Both the position numbers and the translations under genes were made by a program. Under the pieces are notes generated by a model. That model saw only the letters and a list, made by a program, of their open reading frames with translations. It made no database searches and had not been told where the DNA came from. 64,000 nucleotides of DNA from Auanema rhodensis (Eukaryota; Animalia; Nematoda): positions 1 through 64,000 of the forward strand of contig CAXKVF010000100.1 of the NCBI GenBank assembly GCA_964057225.1. Reading direction: 5' to 3'. Every line of letters starts with the position of its first letter. The stretch's first letter is position 1. This document shows positions 12,001-27,445 of the stretch, piece by piece.

Positions 12001-15000
12001 TTTCACGTGAAGCGAGTTACATACCAAGTGCACATCACGTGTACATTTAATTAGCATAAATTAAAGTTCACGTAAATTTCAAAGTCATGGTTACCATGAA
12101 CCAATATCAATAAAAATTTGTTTTTAGACTAATATGGACATGAGGAATCTAATTTTGAAACCGCATCTCTTTATCTTTCACGTGAAGCGAGTTACATACC
12201 AAGTGCACATCACGTGTACATTTAATTAGCATAAATTAAAGTTCACGTAAATTTCAAAGTCATGGTTACCATGAAGCAATATCAATAAAAATTTGTTTTT
12301 AGACTAATATGGACATGGGGAATCTAATTTTGAAAACCGCATCTCTTTATCTTTCACGTGAAGCGAGTTACATACCAAGTGCACATCACGTGTACATTTA
12401 ATTAGCATAAATTAAAGTTCACGTAAATTTCAAAGTCATGGTTACCATGCACCAATATCAATAAAAATTTGTTTTTAGACTGATATGGACATGGGGAATC
12501 TAATTTTGAAAACCGCATCTCTTTATCTTTCACGTGAAGCGAGTTACATACCAAGTGCACATCACGTGTACATTTAATTAGCATAAATTAAAGTTCACGT
12601 AAATTTCAAAGTCATGGTTACCATGAACCAATATCAATAAAAATTTGTTTTTAGACTAATATGGACATGGGGAATCTAATTTTGAAAACCGCATCTCTTT
12701 ATCTTTCACGTGAAGCGAGTTACATACCAAGTGCACATCACGTGTACATTTAATTAGCATAAATTAAAGTTCACGTAAATTTCAAAGTCATGGTTACCAT
12801 GAACCAATATCAATAAAAATTTGTTTTTAGACTAATATGGACATGGGGAATCTAATTTTGAAAACCGCATCTCTTTATCTTTCACGTGAAGCGAGTTACA
12901 TACCAAGTGCACATCACGTGTACATTTAATTAGCATAAATTAAAGTTCACGTAAATTTCAAAGTCATGGTTACCATGAACCAATATCAATAAAAATTTGT
13001 TTTTAGACTAATATGGACATGGGGAATCTAATTTTGAAACCGCATCTCTTTATCTTTCACGTGAAGCGAGTTACATACCAAGTGCACATCACGTGTACAT
13101 TTAATTAGCATAAATTAAAGTTCACGTAAATTTCAAAGTCATGGTTACCATGAACCAATATCAATAAAAATTTGTTTTTAGACTAATATGGACATGGGGA
13201 ATCTAATTTTGAAAACCGCATCTCTTTATCTTTCACGTGAAGCGAGTTACATACCAAGTGCACATCACGTGTACATTTAATTAGCATAAATTAAAGTTCA
13301 CGTAAATTTCAAAGTCATGGTTACCATGCACCAATATCAATAAAAATTTGTTTTTAGACTAATATGGACATGGGGAATCTAATTTTGAAAACCGCATCTC
13401 TTTATCTTTCACGTGAAGCGAGTTACATACCAAGTGCACATCACGTGTACATTTAATTAGCATAATTTAAAGTTCACGTAAATTTCAAAGTCATGGTTAC
13501 CATGAACCAATATCAATAAAAATTTGTTTTTAGACTAATATGGACATGGGGAATCTAATTTTGAAAACCGCATCTCTTTATCTTTCACGTGAAGCGAGTT
13601 ACATACCAAGTGCACATCACGTGTACATTTAATTAGCATAAATTAAAGTTCACGTAAATTTCAAAGTCATGGTTACCATGCACCAATATCAATAAAAATT
13701 TGTTTTTAGACTGATATGGACATGGGGAATCTAATTTTGAAAACCGCATCTCTTTATCTTTCACGTGAAGCGAGTTACATACCAAGTGCACATCACGTGT
13801 ACATTTAATTAGCATAAATTAAAGTTCACGTAAATTTCAAAGTCATGGTTACCATGAACCAATATCAATAAAAATTTGTTTTTAGACTAATATGGACATG
13901 GGGAATCTAATTTTGAAAACCGCATCTCTTTATCTTTCACGTGAAGCGAGTTACATACCAAGTGCACATCACGTGTACATTTAATTAGCATAAATTAAAG
14001 TTCACGTAAACTTCAAAGTCATGGTTACCATGAACCAATATCAATAAAAATTTGTTTTTAGACTAATATGGACATGGGGAATCTAATTTTGAAAACCGCA
14101 TCTCTTTATCTTTCACGTGAAGCGAGTTACATACCAAGTGCACATCACGTGTACATTTAATTAGCATAAATTAAAGTTCACGTAAATTTCAAAGTCATGG
14201 TTACCATGAACCAATATCAATAAAAATTTGTTTTTAGACTAATATGGACATGGGGAATCTAATTTTGAAAACCGCATCTCTTTATCTTTCACGTGAAGCG
14301 AGTTACATACCAAGTGCACATCACGTGTACATTTAATTAGCATAAATTAAAGTTCACGTAAATTTCAAAGTCATGGTTACCATGAACCAATATCAATAAA
14401 AATTTGTTTTTAGACTAATATGGACATGGGGAATCTAATTTTGAAAACCGCATCTCTTTATCTTTCACGTGAAGCGAGTTACATACCAAGTGCACATCAC
14501 GTGTACATTTAATTAGCATAAATTAAAGTTCACGTAAATTTCAAAGTCATGGTTACCATGAACCAATATCAATAAAAATTTGTTTTTAGACTAATATGGA
14601 CATGGGGAATCTAATTTTGAAAACCGCATCTCTTTATCTTTCACGTGAAGCGAGTTACATACCAAGTGCACATCACGTGTACATTTAATTAGCATAAATT
14701 AAAGTTCACGTAAATTTCAAAGTCATGGTTACCATGAACCAATATCAATAAAAATTTGTTTTTAGACTAATATGGACATGGGGAATCTAATTTTGAAAAC
14801 CGCATTTCTTTATCTTTCACGTGAAGCGAGTTACATACCAAGTGCACATCACGTGTACATTTAATTAGCATAAATTAAAGTTCACGTAAAATTCAAAGTC
14901 ATGGTTACCATGCACCAATATCAATAAAAATTTGTTTTTAGACTAATATGGACATGGGGAATCTAATTTTGAAAACCGCATCTCTTTATCTTTCACGTGA

Positions 15001-18000
15001 AGCGAGTTACATACCAAGTGCACATCACGTGTACATTTAATTAGCATGAATTAAAGTTCACGTAAAATTCAAAGTCATGGTTACTATGCACCAATATCAA
15101 TAAAAATTTGTTTTTAGACTAATATGGACATGGGGAATCTAATTTTGAAAACCGCATCTCTTTATTTTTCACGTGAAGCGAGTTACATACCAAGTGCACA
15201 TCACGTGTACATTTAATTAGCATAAATTAAAGTTCACGTAAACTTCAAAGTCATGGTTACCATGAAGCAATATCAATAAAAATTTGTTTTTAGACTAATA
15301 TGGACATGGGGAATCTAATTTTGAAAACCGCATCTCTTTATCTTTCACGTGAAGCGAGTTACATACCAAGTGCACATCACGTGTACATTTAATTAGCATA
15401 AATTAAAGTTCACGTAAATTTCAAAGTCATGGTTACCATGAACCAATATCAATAAAAATTTGTTTTTAGACTAATATGGACATGGGGAATCTAATTTTGA
15501 AAACCGCATCTCTTTATCTTTCACGTGAAGCGAGTTACATACCAAGTGCACATCACGTGTACATTTAATTAGCATAAATTAAAGTTCACGTAAATTTCAA
15601 AGTCATGGTTACCATGCACCAATATCAATAAAAATTTGTTTTTAGACTAATATGGACATGGGGAATCTAATTTTGAAAACCGCATCTCTTTATCTTTCAC
15701 GTGAAGCGAGTTACATACCAAGTGCACATCACGTGTACATTTAATTAGCATAAATTAAAGTTCACGTAAACTTCAAAGTCATGGTTACCATGAAGCAATA
15801 TCAATAAAAATTTGTTTTTAGACTAATATGGACATGGGGAATCTAATTTTGAAAACCGCATCTCTTTATCTTTCACGTGAAGCGAGTTACATACCAAGTG
15901 CACATCACGTGTACATTTAATTAGCATAAATTAAAGTTCACGTAAATTTCAAAGTCATGGTTACCATGAACCAATATCAATAAAAATTTGTTTTTAGACT
16001 AATATGGACATGGGGAATCTAATTTTGAAAACCGCATCTCTTTATCTTTCACGTGAAGCGAGTTACATACCAAGTGCACATCACGTGTACATTTAATTAG
16101 CATAAATTAAAGTTCACGTAAATTTCAAAGTCATGGTTACCATGAACCAATATCAATAAAAATTTGTTTTTAGACTAATATGGACATGGGGAATCTAATT
16201 TTGAAAACCGCATCTCTTTATCTTTCACGTGAAGCGAGTTACATACCAAGTGCACATCACGTGTACATTTAATTAGCATAAATTAAAGTTCACGTAAATT
16301 TCAAAGTCATGGTTACCATGAACCAATATCAATAAAAATTTGTTTTTAGACTAATATGGACATGGGGAATCTAATTTTGAAAACCGCATCTCTTTATCTT
16401 TCACGTGAAGCGAGTTACATACCAAGTGCACATCACGTGTACATTTAATTAGCATAAATTAAAGTTCACGTAAATTTCAAAGTCATGGTTACCATGAACC
16501 AATATCAATAAAAATTTGTTTTTAGACTAATATGGACATGGGGAATCTAATTTTGAAAACCGCATTTCTTTATCTTTCACGTGAAGCGAGTTACATACCA
16601 AGTGCACATCACGTGTACATTTAATTAGCATAAATTAAAGTTCACGTAAAATTCAAAGTCATGGTTACCATGCACCAATATCAATAAAAATTTGTTTTTA
16701 GACTAATATGGACATGGGGAATCTAATTTTGAAAACCGCATCTCTTTATCTTTCACGTGAAGCGAGTTACATACCAAGTGCACATCACGTGTACATTTAA
16801 TTAGCATGAATTAAAGTTCACGTAAAATTCAAAGTCATGGTTACTATGCACCAATATCAATAAAAATTTGTTTTTAGACTAATATGGACATGGGGAATCT
16901 AATTTTGAAAACCGCATCTCTTTATCTTTCACGTGAAGCGAGTTACATACCAAGTGCACATCACGTGTACATTTAATTAGCATAAATTAAAGTTCACGTA
17001 AACTTCAAAGTCATGGTTACCATGAAGCAATGTCAATAAAAATTTGTTTTTAGACTAATATGGACATGGGGAATCTAATTTTGAAAACCGCATCTCTTTA
17101 TCTTTCACGTGAAGCGAGTTACATACCAAGTGCACATCACGTGTACATTTAATTAGCATAAATTAAAGTTCACGTAAATTTCAAAGTCATGGTTACCATG
17201 AACCAATATCAATAAAAATTTGTTTTTAGACTAATATGGACATGGGGAATCTAATTTTGAAAACCGTATCTCTTTATCTTTCACGTGAAGCGAGTTACAT
17301 ACCAAGTGCACATCACGTGTACATTTAATTAGCATAAATTAAAGTTCACGTAAATTTCAAAGTCATGGTTACCATGAACCAATATCAATAAAAATTTGTT
17401 TTTAGACTAATATGGACATGGGGAATCTAATTTTGAAAACCGCATCTCTTTATCTTTCACGTGAAGCGAGTTACATACCAAGTGCACATCACGTGTACAT
17501 TTAATTAGCATAAATTAAAGTTCACGTAAATTTCAAAGTCATGGTTACCATGAACCAATATCAATAAAAATTTGTTTTTAGACTAATATGGACATGGGGA
17601 ATCTAATTTTGAAAACCGCATCTCTTTATCTTTCACGTGAAGCGAGTTACATACCAAGTGCACATCACGTGTACATTTAATTAGCATAAATTAAAGTTCA
17701 CGTAAATTTCAAAGTCATGGTTACCATGAACCAATATCAATAAAAATTTGTTTTTAGACTAATATGGACATGGGGAATCTAATTTTGAAAACCGCATTTC
17801 TTTATCTTTCACGTGAAGCGAGTTACATACCAAGTGCACATCACGTGTACATTTAATTAGCATAAATTAAAGTTCACGTAAAATTCAAAGTCATGGTTAC
17901 CATGCACCAATATCAATAAAAATTTGTTTTTAGACTAATATGGACATGGGGAATCTAATTTTGAAAACCGCATCTCTTTATCTTTCACGTGAAGCGAGTT

Positions 18001-19536
18001 ACATACCAAGTGCACATCACGTGTACATTTAATTAGCATGAATTAAAGTTCACGTAAAATTCAAAGTCATGGTTACTATGCACCAATATCAATAAAAATT
18101 TGTTTTTAGACTAATATGGACATGGGGAATCTAATTTTGAAAACCGCATCTCTTTATCTTTCACGTGAAGCGAGTTACATACCAAGTGCACATCACGTGT
18201 ACATTTAATTAGCATAAATTAAAGTTCACGTAAACTTCAAAGTCATGGTTACCATGAAGCAATATCAATAAAAATTTGTTTTTAGACTAATATGGACATG
18301 GGGAATCTAATTTTGAAAACCGCATCTCTTTATCTTTCACGTGAAGCGAGTTACATACCAAGTGCACATCACGTGTACATTTAATTAGCATAAATTAAAG
18401 TTCACGTAAATTTCAAAGTCATGGTTACCATGAACCAATATCAATAAAAATTTGTTTTTAGACTAATATGGACATGGGGAATCTAATTTTGAAAACCGCA
18501 TCTCTTTATCTTTCACGTGAAGCGAGTTACATACCAAGTGCACATCACGTGTACATTTAATTAGCATAAATTAAAGTTCACGTAAATTTCAAAGTCATGG
18601 TTACCATGCACCAATATCAATAAAAATTTGTTTTTAGACTAATATGGACATGGGGAATCTAATTTTGAAAACCGCATCTCTTTATCTTTCACGTGAAGCG
18701 AGTTACATACCAAGTGCACATCACGTGTACATTTAATTAGCATAAATTAAAGTTCACGTAAATTTCAAAGTCATGGTTACCATGAACCAATATCAATAAA
18801 AATTTGTTTTTAGACTAATATGGACATGGGGAATCTAATTTTGAAAACCGCATCTCTTTATCTTTCACGTGAAGCGAGTTACATACCAAGTGCACATCAC
18901 GTGTACATTTAATTAGCATAAATTAAAGTTCACGTAAATTTCAAAGTCATGGTTACCATGCACCAATATCAATAAAAATTTGTTTTTAGACTGATATGGA
19001 CATGGGGAATCTAATTTTGAAAACCGCATCTCTTTATCTTTCACGTGAAGCGAGTTACATACCAAGTGCACATCACGTGTACATTTAATTAGCATAAATT
19101 AAAGTTCACGTAAATTTCAAAGTCATGGTTACCATGAACCAATATCAATAAAAATTTGTTTTTAGACTAATATGGACATGGGGAATCTAATTTTGAAAAC
19201 CGCATCTCTTTATCTTTCACGTGAAGCGAGTTACATACCAAGTGCACATCACGTGTACATTTAATTAGCATAAATTAAAGTTCACGTAAACTTCAAAGTC
19301 ATGGTTACCATGAAGCAATATCAATAAAAATTTGTTTTTAGACTAATATGGACATGAGGAATCTAATTTTAAAAACCGCATCTCTTTATCTTTCACGTGA
19401 AGCGAGTTACATACCAAGTGCACATCACGTGTACATTTAATTAGCATAAATTAAAGTTCACGTAAATTTCAAAGTCATGGTTACCATGAACCAATATCAA
19501 TAAAAATTTGTTTTTAGACTAATATGGACATGGGGA

Positions 19537-22500
19537 ATCTAATTTTGAAAACCGCATCTCTTTATCTTTCACGTGAAGCGAGTTACATACCAAGTGCACA
19601 TCACGTGTACATTTAATTAGCATAAATTAAAGTTCACGTAAATTTCAAAGTCATGGTTACCATGAACCAATATCAATAAAAATTTGTTTTTAGACTAATA
19701 TGGACATGGGAAATCTAATTTTGAAAACCGCATCTCTTTATCTTTCACGTGAAGCGAGTTACATACCAAGTGCACATCACGTGTACATTTAATTAGCATA
19801 AATTAAAGTTCACGTAAACTTCAAAGTCATGGTTACCATGAAGCAATATCAATAAAAATTTGTTTTTAGACTAATATGGACATGAGGAATCTAATTTTGA
19901 AAACCGCATCTCTTTATCTTTCACGTGAAGCGAGTTACATACCAAGTGCACATCACGTGTACATTTAATTAGCATAAATTAAAGTTCACGTAAATTTCAA
20001 AGTCATGGTTACCATGAACCAATATCAATAAAAATTTGTTTTTAGACTAATATGGACATGGGGAATCTAATTTTGAAAACCGCATCTCTTTATCTTTCAC
20101 GTGAAGCGAGTTACATACCAAGTGCACATCACGTGTACATTCAATTAGCATAAATTAGAGTTCACGTAAATTTCAAAGTCATGGTTACCATGCACCAATA
20201 TCAATAAAAATTTGTTTTTAGACTAATATGGACATGGGGAATCTAATTTTGAAAACCGCATCTCTTTATCTTTCACGTGAAGCGAGTTACATACCAAGTG
20301 CACATCACGTGTACATTTAATTAGCATAAATTAATGTTCACGTAAATTTCAAAGTCATGGTTACCATGAACCAATATCAATAAAAATTTGTTTTTAGACT
20401 AATATGGACATGGGGAATCTAATTTTGAAAACCGCATCTCTTTATCTTTCACGTGAAGCGAGTTACATACCAAGTGCACATCACGTGTACATTTAATTAG
20501 CATAAATTAAAGTTCACGTAAATTTCAAAGTCATGGTTACCATGAACCAATATCAATAAAAATTTGTTTTTAGACTAATATGGACATGGGGAATCTAATT
20601 TTGAAAACCGCATCTCTTTATCTTTCACGTGAAGCGAGTTACATACCAAGTGCACATCACGTGTACATTTAATTAGCATAAATTAAAGTTCACGTAAATT
20701 TCAAAGTCATGGTTACCATGAACCAATATCAATAAAAATTTGTTTTTAGACTAATATGGACATGGGGAATCTAATTTTAAAAACCGCATCTCTTTATCTT
20801 TCACGTGAAGCGAGTTACATACCAAGTGCACATCACGTGTACATTTAATTAGCATAAATTAAAGTTCACGTAAATTTCAAAGTCATGGTTACCATGAACC
20901 AATATCAATAAAAATTTGTTTTTAGACTAATATGGACATGGGGAATCTAATTTTGAAAACCGCATCTCTTTATCTTTCACGTGAAGCGAGTTACATACCA
21001 AGTGCACATCACGTGTACATTTAATTAGCATAAATTAAAGTTCACGTAAATTTCAAAGTCATGGTTACCATGAACCAATATCAATAAAAATTTGTTTTTA
21101 GACTAATATGGACATGGGGAATCTAATTTTGAAAACCGCATCTCTTTATCTTTCACGTGAAGCGAGTTACATACCAAGTGCACATCACGTGTACATTTAA
21201 TTAGCATAAATTAAAGTTCACGTAAACTTCAAAGTCATGGTTACCATGAAGCAATATCAATAAAAATTTGTTTTTAGACTAATATGGACATGGGGCATCT
21301 AATTTTGAAAACCGCATCTCTTTATCTTTCACGTGAAGCGAGTTACATACCAAGTGCACATCACGTGTACATTTAATTAGCATAAATTAAAGTTCACGTA
21401 AATTTCAAAGTCATGGTTACCATGAACCAATATCAATAAAAATTTGTTTTTAGACTAATATGGACATGGGAAATCTAATTTTGAAAACCGCATCTCTTTA
21501 TCTTTCACGTGAAGCGAGTTACATACCAAGTGCACATCACGTGTACATTTAATTAGCATAAATTAAAGTTCACGTAAACTTCAAAGTCATGGTTACCATG
21601 AAGCAATATCAATAAAAATTTGTTTTTAGACTAATATGGACATGAGGAATCTAATTTTGAAAACCGCATCTCTTTATCTTTCACGTGAAGCGAGTTACAT
21701 ACCAAGTGCACATCACGTGTACATTTAATTAGCATAAATTAAAGTTCACGTAAACTTCAAAGTCATGGTTACCATGAAGCAATATCAATAAAAATTTGTT
21801 TTTAGACTAATATGGACATGAGGAATCTAATTTTGAAAACCGCATCTCTTTATCTTTCACGTGAAGCGAGTTACATACCAAGTGCACATCACGTGTACAT
21901 TTAATTAGCATAAATTAAAGTTCACGTAAATTTCAAAGTCATGGTTACCATGAACCAATATCAATAAAAATTTGTTTTTAGACTAATATGGACATGGGGA
22001 ATCTAATTTTGAAAACCGCATCTCTTTATCTTTCACGTGAAGCGAGTTACATACCAAGTGCACATCACGTGTACATTTAATTAGCATAAATTAAAGTTCA
22101 CGTAAATTTCAAAGTCATGGTTACCATGAACCAATATCAATAAAAATTTGTTTTTAGACTAATATGGACATGGGGAATCTAATTTTGAAAACCGCATCTC
22201 TTTATCTTTCACGTGAAGCGAGTTACATACCAAGTGCACATCACGTGTACATTTAATTAGCATAAATTAATGTTCACGTAAATTTCAAAGTCATGGTTAC
22301 CATGAACCAATATCAATAAAAATTTGTTTTTAGACTAATATGGACATGGGGCATCTAATTTTGAAAACCGCATCTCTTTATCTTTCACGTGAAGCGAGTT
22401 ACATACCAAGTGCACATCACGTGTACATTTAATTAGCATAAATTAAAGTTCACGTAAATTTCAAAGTCATGGTTACCATGAACCAATATCAATAAAAATT

Positions 22501-24030
22501 TGTTTTTAGACTAATATGGACATGGGAAATCTAATTTTGAAAACCGCATCTCTTTATCTTTCACGTGAAGCGAGTTACATACCAAGTGCACATCACGTGT
22601 ACATTTAATTAGCATAAATTAAAGTTCACGTAAACTTCAAAGTCATGGTTACCATGAAGCAATATCAATAAAAATTTGTTTTTAGACTAATATGGACATG
22701 AGGAATCTAATTTTGAAAACCGCATCTCTTTATCTTTCACGTGAAGCGAGTTACATACCAAGTGCACATCACGTGTACATTTAATTAGCATAAATTAAAG
22801 TTCACGTAAATTTCAAAGTCATGGTTACCATGAACCAATATCAATAAAAATTTGTTTTTAGACTAATATGGACATGGGGAATCTAATTTTGAAAACCGCA
22901 TCTCTTTATCTTTCACGTGAAGCGAGTTACATACCAAGTGCACATCACGTGTACATTCAATTAGCATAAATTAGAGTTCACGTAAATTTCAAAGTCATGG
23001 TTACCATGCACCAATATCAATAAAAATTTGTTTTTAGACTAATATGGACATGGGGAATCTAATTTTGAAAACCGCATCTCTTTATCTTTCACGTGAAGCG
23101 AGTTACATACCAAGTGCACATCACGTGTACATTTAATTAGCATAAATTAATGTTCACGTAAATTTCAAAGTCATGGTTACCATGAACCAATATCAATAAA
23201 AATTTGTTTTTAGACTAATATGGACATGGGGAATCTAATTTTGAAAACCGCATCTCTTTATCTTTCACGTGAAGCGAGTTACATACCAAGTGCACATCAC
23301 GTGTACATTTAATTAGCATAAATTAAAGTTCACGTAAATTTCAAAGTCATGGTTACCATGAACCAATATCAATAAAAATTTGTTTTTAGACTAATATGGA
23401 CATGGGGAATCTAATTTTGAAAACCGCATCTCTTTATCTTTCACGTGAAGCGAGTTACATACCAAGTGCACATCACGTGTACATTTAATTAGCATAAATT
23501 AAAGTTCACGTAAATTTCAAAGTCATGGTTACCATGAACCAATATCAATAAAAATTTGTTTTTAGACTAATATGGACATGGGGAATCTAATTTTAAAAAC
23601 CGCATCTCTTTATCTTTCACGTGAAGCGAGTTACATACCAAGTGCACATCACGTGTACATTTAATTAGCATAAATTAAAGTTCACGTAAATTTCAAAGTC
23701 ATGGTTACCATGAACCAATATCAATAAAAATTTGTTTTTAGACTAATATGGACATGGGGAATCTAATTTTGAAAACCGCATCTCTTTATCTTTCACGTGA
23801 AGCGAGTTACATACCAAGTGCACATCACGTGTACATTTAATTAGCATAAATTAAAGTTCACGTAAATTTCAAAGTCATGGTTACCATGAACCAATATCAA
23901 TAAAAATTTGTTTTTAGACTAATATGGACATGGGGAATCTAATTTTGAAAACCGCATCTCTTTATCTTTCACGTGAAGCGAGTTACATACCAAGTGCACA
24001 TCACGTGTACATTTAATTAGCATAAATTAA
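19537..24030 (+). repeat. Block duplication: about 19537-21214 repeated at about 22353-24030 (offset 2816 = 16 monomers)
   Basis: Rare variants pair at offset 2816: 19711/22527, 20142/22958, 20335/23151 and 20779/23595. Confidence 0.85.
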
Positions 24031-27000
24031 TGTTCACGTAAATTTCAAAGTCATGGTTACCATGAACCAATATCAATAAAAATTTGTTTTTAGACTAATA
24101 TGGACATGGGGCATCTATTTTTGAAAACCGCATCTCTTTATCTTTCACGTGAAGCGAGTTACATACCAAGTGCACATCACGTGTACATTTAATTAGCATA
24201 AATTAAAGTTCACGTAAATTTCAAAGTCATGGTTACCATGAACCAATATCAATAAAAATTTGTTTTTAGACTAATATGGACATGGGGAATCTAATTTTGA
24301 AAACCGCATCTCATTATCTTTCACGTGAAGCGAGTTACATACCAAGTGCACATCACGTGTACATTCAATTAGCATAAATTAAAGTTCACGTAAATTTCAA
24401 AGTCATGGTTACCATGCACCAATATCAATAAAAATTTGTTTTTAGACTAATATGGACATGGGGAATCTAATTTTGAAAACCGCATCTCTTTATCTTTCAC
24501 GTGAAGCGAGTTACATACCAAGTGCACATCACGTGTACATTTAATTAGCATAAATTAATGTTCACGTAAATTTCAAAGTCATGGTTACCATGAACCAATA
24601 TCAATAAAAATTTGTTTTTAGACTAATATGGACATGGGGCATCTAATTTTGAAAACCGCATCTCTTTATCTTTCACGTGAAGCGAGTTACATACCAAGTG
24701 CACATCACGTGTACATTTAATTAGCATAAATTAAAGTTCACGTAAATTTCAAAGTCATGGTTACCATGAACCAATATCAATAAAAATTTGTTTTTAGACT
24801 AATATGGACATGGGGAATCTAATTTTGCAAACCGCATCTCTTTATCTTTCACGTGAAGCGAGTTACATACCAAGTGCACATCACGTGTACATTTAATTAG
24901 CATAAATTAAAGTTCACGTAAATTTCAAAGTCATGGTTACCATGAACCAATATCAATAAAAATTTGTTTTTAGACTAATATGGACATGGGGAATCTAATT
25001 TTGAAAACCGCATTTCTTTATCTTTCACGTGAAGCGAGTTACATACCAAGTGCACATCACGTGTACATTTAATTAGCATAAATTAAAGTTCACGTAAAAT
25101 TCAAAGTCATGGTTACCATGCACCAATATCAATAAAAATTTGTTTTTAGACTAATATGGACATGGGAAATCTAATTTTGAAAACCGCATCTCTTTATCTT
25201 TCACGTGAAGCGAGTTACATACCAAGTGCACATCACGTGTACATTTAATTAGCTTAAATTAAAGTTCACGTAAAATTCAAAGTCATGGTTGCCATGCACC
25301 AATATCAATAAAAATTTGTTTTTAGACTAATATGGACATGGGGAATCTAATTTTGAAAACCGCATCTCTTTATCTTTCACGTGAAGCGAGTTACATACCA
25401 AGTGCACATCACGTGTACATTTAATTAGCATAAATTAAAGTTCACGTAAACTTCAAAGTCATGGTTACCATGAAGCAATATCAATAAAAATTTGTTTTTA
25501 GACTAATATGGACATGGGGAATCTAATTTTGAAAACCGCATCTCTTTATCTTTCACGTGAAGCGAGTTACATACCAAGTGCACATCACGTGTACATTTAA
25601 TTAGCATAAATTAAAGTTCACGTAAATTTCAAAGTCATGGTTACCATGAAGCAATATCAATAAAAATTTGTTTTTAGACTAATATGGACATGGGGAATCT
25701 AATTTTGAAAACCGCATCTCTTTATCTTTCACGTGAAGCGAGTTACATACCAAGTGCACATCACGTGTACATTTAATTAGCATAAATTAAAGTTCACGTA
25801 AACTTCAAAGTCATGGTTACCATGAAGCAATATCAATAAAAATTTGTTTTTAGACTAATATGGACATGGGGAATCTAATTTTGAAAACCGCATCTCTTTA
25901 TCTTTCACGTGAAGCGAGTTACATACCAAGTGCACATCACGTGTACATTTAATTAGCATAAATTAAAGTTCACGTAAACTTCAAAGTCATGGTTACCATG
26001 AAGCAATATCAATAAAAATTTGTTTTTAGACTAATATGGACATGGGGAATCTAATTTTGAAAACCGCATCTCTTTATCTTTCACGTGAAGCGAGTTACAT
26101 ACCAAGTGCACATCACGTGTACATTTAATTAGCATAAATTAAAGTTCACGTAAATTTCAAAGTCATGGTTACCATGAACCAATATCAATAAAAATTTGTT
26201 TTTAGACTAATATGGACATGGGGAATCTAATTTTGAAAACCGCATCTCTTTATCTTTCACGTGAAGCGAGTTACATACCAAGTGCACATCACGTGTACAT
26301 TCAATTAGCATAAATTAAAGTTCACGTAAATTTCAAAGTCATGGTTACCATGCACCAATATCAATAAAAATTTGTTTTTAGACTAATATGGACATGGGAA
26401 ATCTAATTTTGAAAACCGCATCTCTTTATCTTTCACGTGAAGCGAGTTACATACCAAGAGCACATCACGTGTACATTTAATTAGCATAAATTAATGTTCA
26501 CGTAAATTTCAAAGTCATGGTTACCATGAACCAATATCAATAAAAATTTGTTTTTAGACTAATATGGACATGGGGCATCTAATTTTGAAAACCGCATCTC
26601 TTTATCTTTCACGTGAAGCGAGTTACATACCAAGTGCACATCACGTGTACATTTAATTAGCATAAATTAAAGTTCACGTAAATTTCAAAGTCATGGTTAC
26701 CATGAACCAATATCAATAAAAATTTGTTTTTAGACTAATATGGACATGGGGAATCTAATTTTGAAAACCGCATCTCTTTATCTTTCACGTGAAGCGAGTT
26801 ACATACCAAGTGCACATCACGTGTACATTTAATTAGCATAAATTAAAGTTCACGTAAATTTCAAAGTCATGGTTACCATGAACCAATATCAATAAAAATT
26901 TGTTTTTAGACTAATATGGACATGGGGAATCTAATTTTGAAAACCGCATCTCTTTATCTTTCACGTGAAGCGAGTTACATACCAAGTGCACATCACGTGT

Positions 27001-27445
27001 ACATTTAATTAGCATAAATTAAAGTTCACGTTAATTTCAAAGTCATGGTTACCATGAACCAATATCAATAAAAATTTGTTTTTAGACTAATATGGACATG
27101 GGGAATCTAATTTTGAAAACCGCATCTCTTTATCTTTCACGTGAAGCGAGTTACATACCAAGTGCACATCACGTGTACATTTAATTAGCATAAATTAAAG
27201 TTCACGTAAATTTCAAAGTCATGGTTACCATGAAGCAATATCAATAAAAATTTGTTTTTAGACTAATATGGACATGGGGAATCTAATTTTGAAAACCGCA
27301 TCTCTTTATCTTTCACGTGAAGCGAGTTACATACCAAGTGCACATCACGTGTACATTTAATTAGCATAAATTAAAGTTCACGTAAACTTCAAAGTCATGG
27401 TTACCATGAAGCAATATCAATAAAAATTTGTTTTTAGACTAATAT

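Noticed and set aside
10643-19095. Four 60-aa minus-strand ORFs (MLIKCTRDVHL...) at 10643, 12402, 13633 and 18913
   Set aside because: Each is one satellite monomer in which the single in-frame TAG became CAG (A172G). There is no recognisable domain and 176 is not a multiple of 3. About 4-5 stops are expected in 60 codons at this composition, so one of six frames having a single stop is unremarkable.
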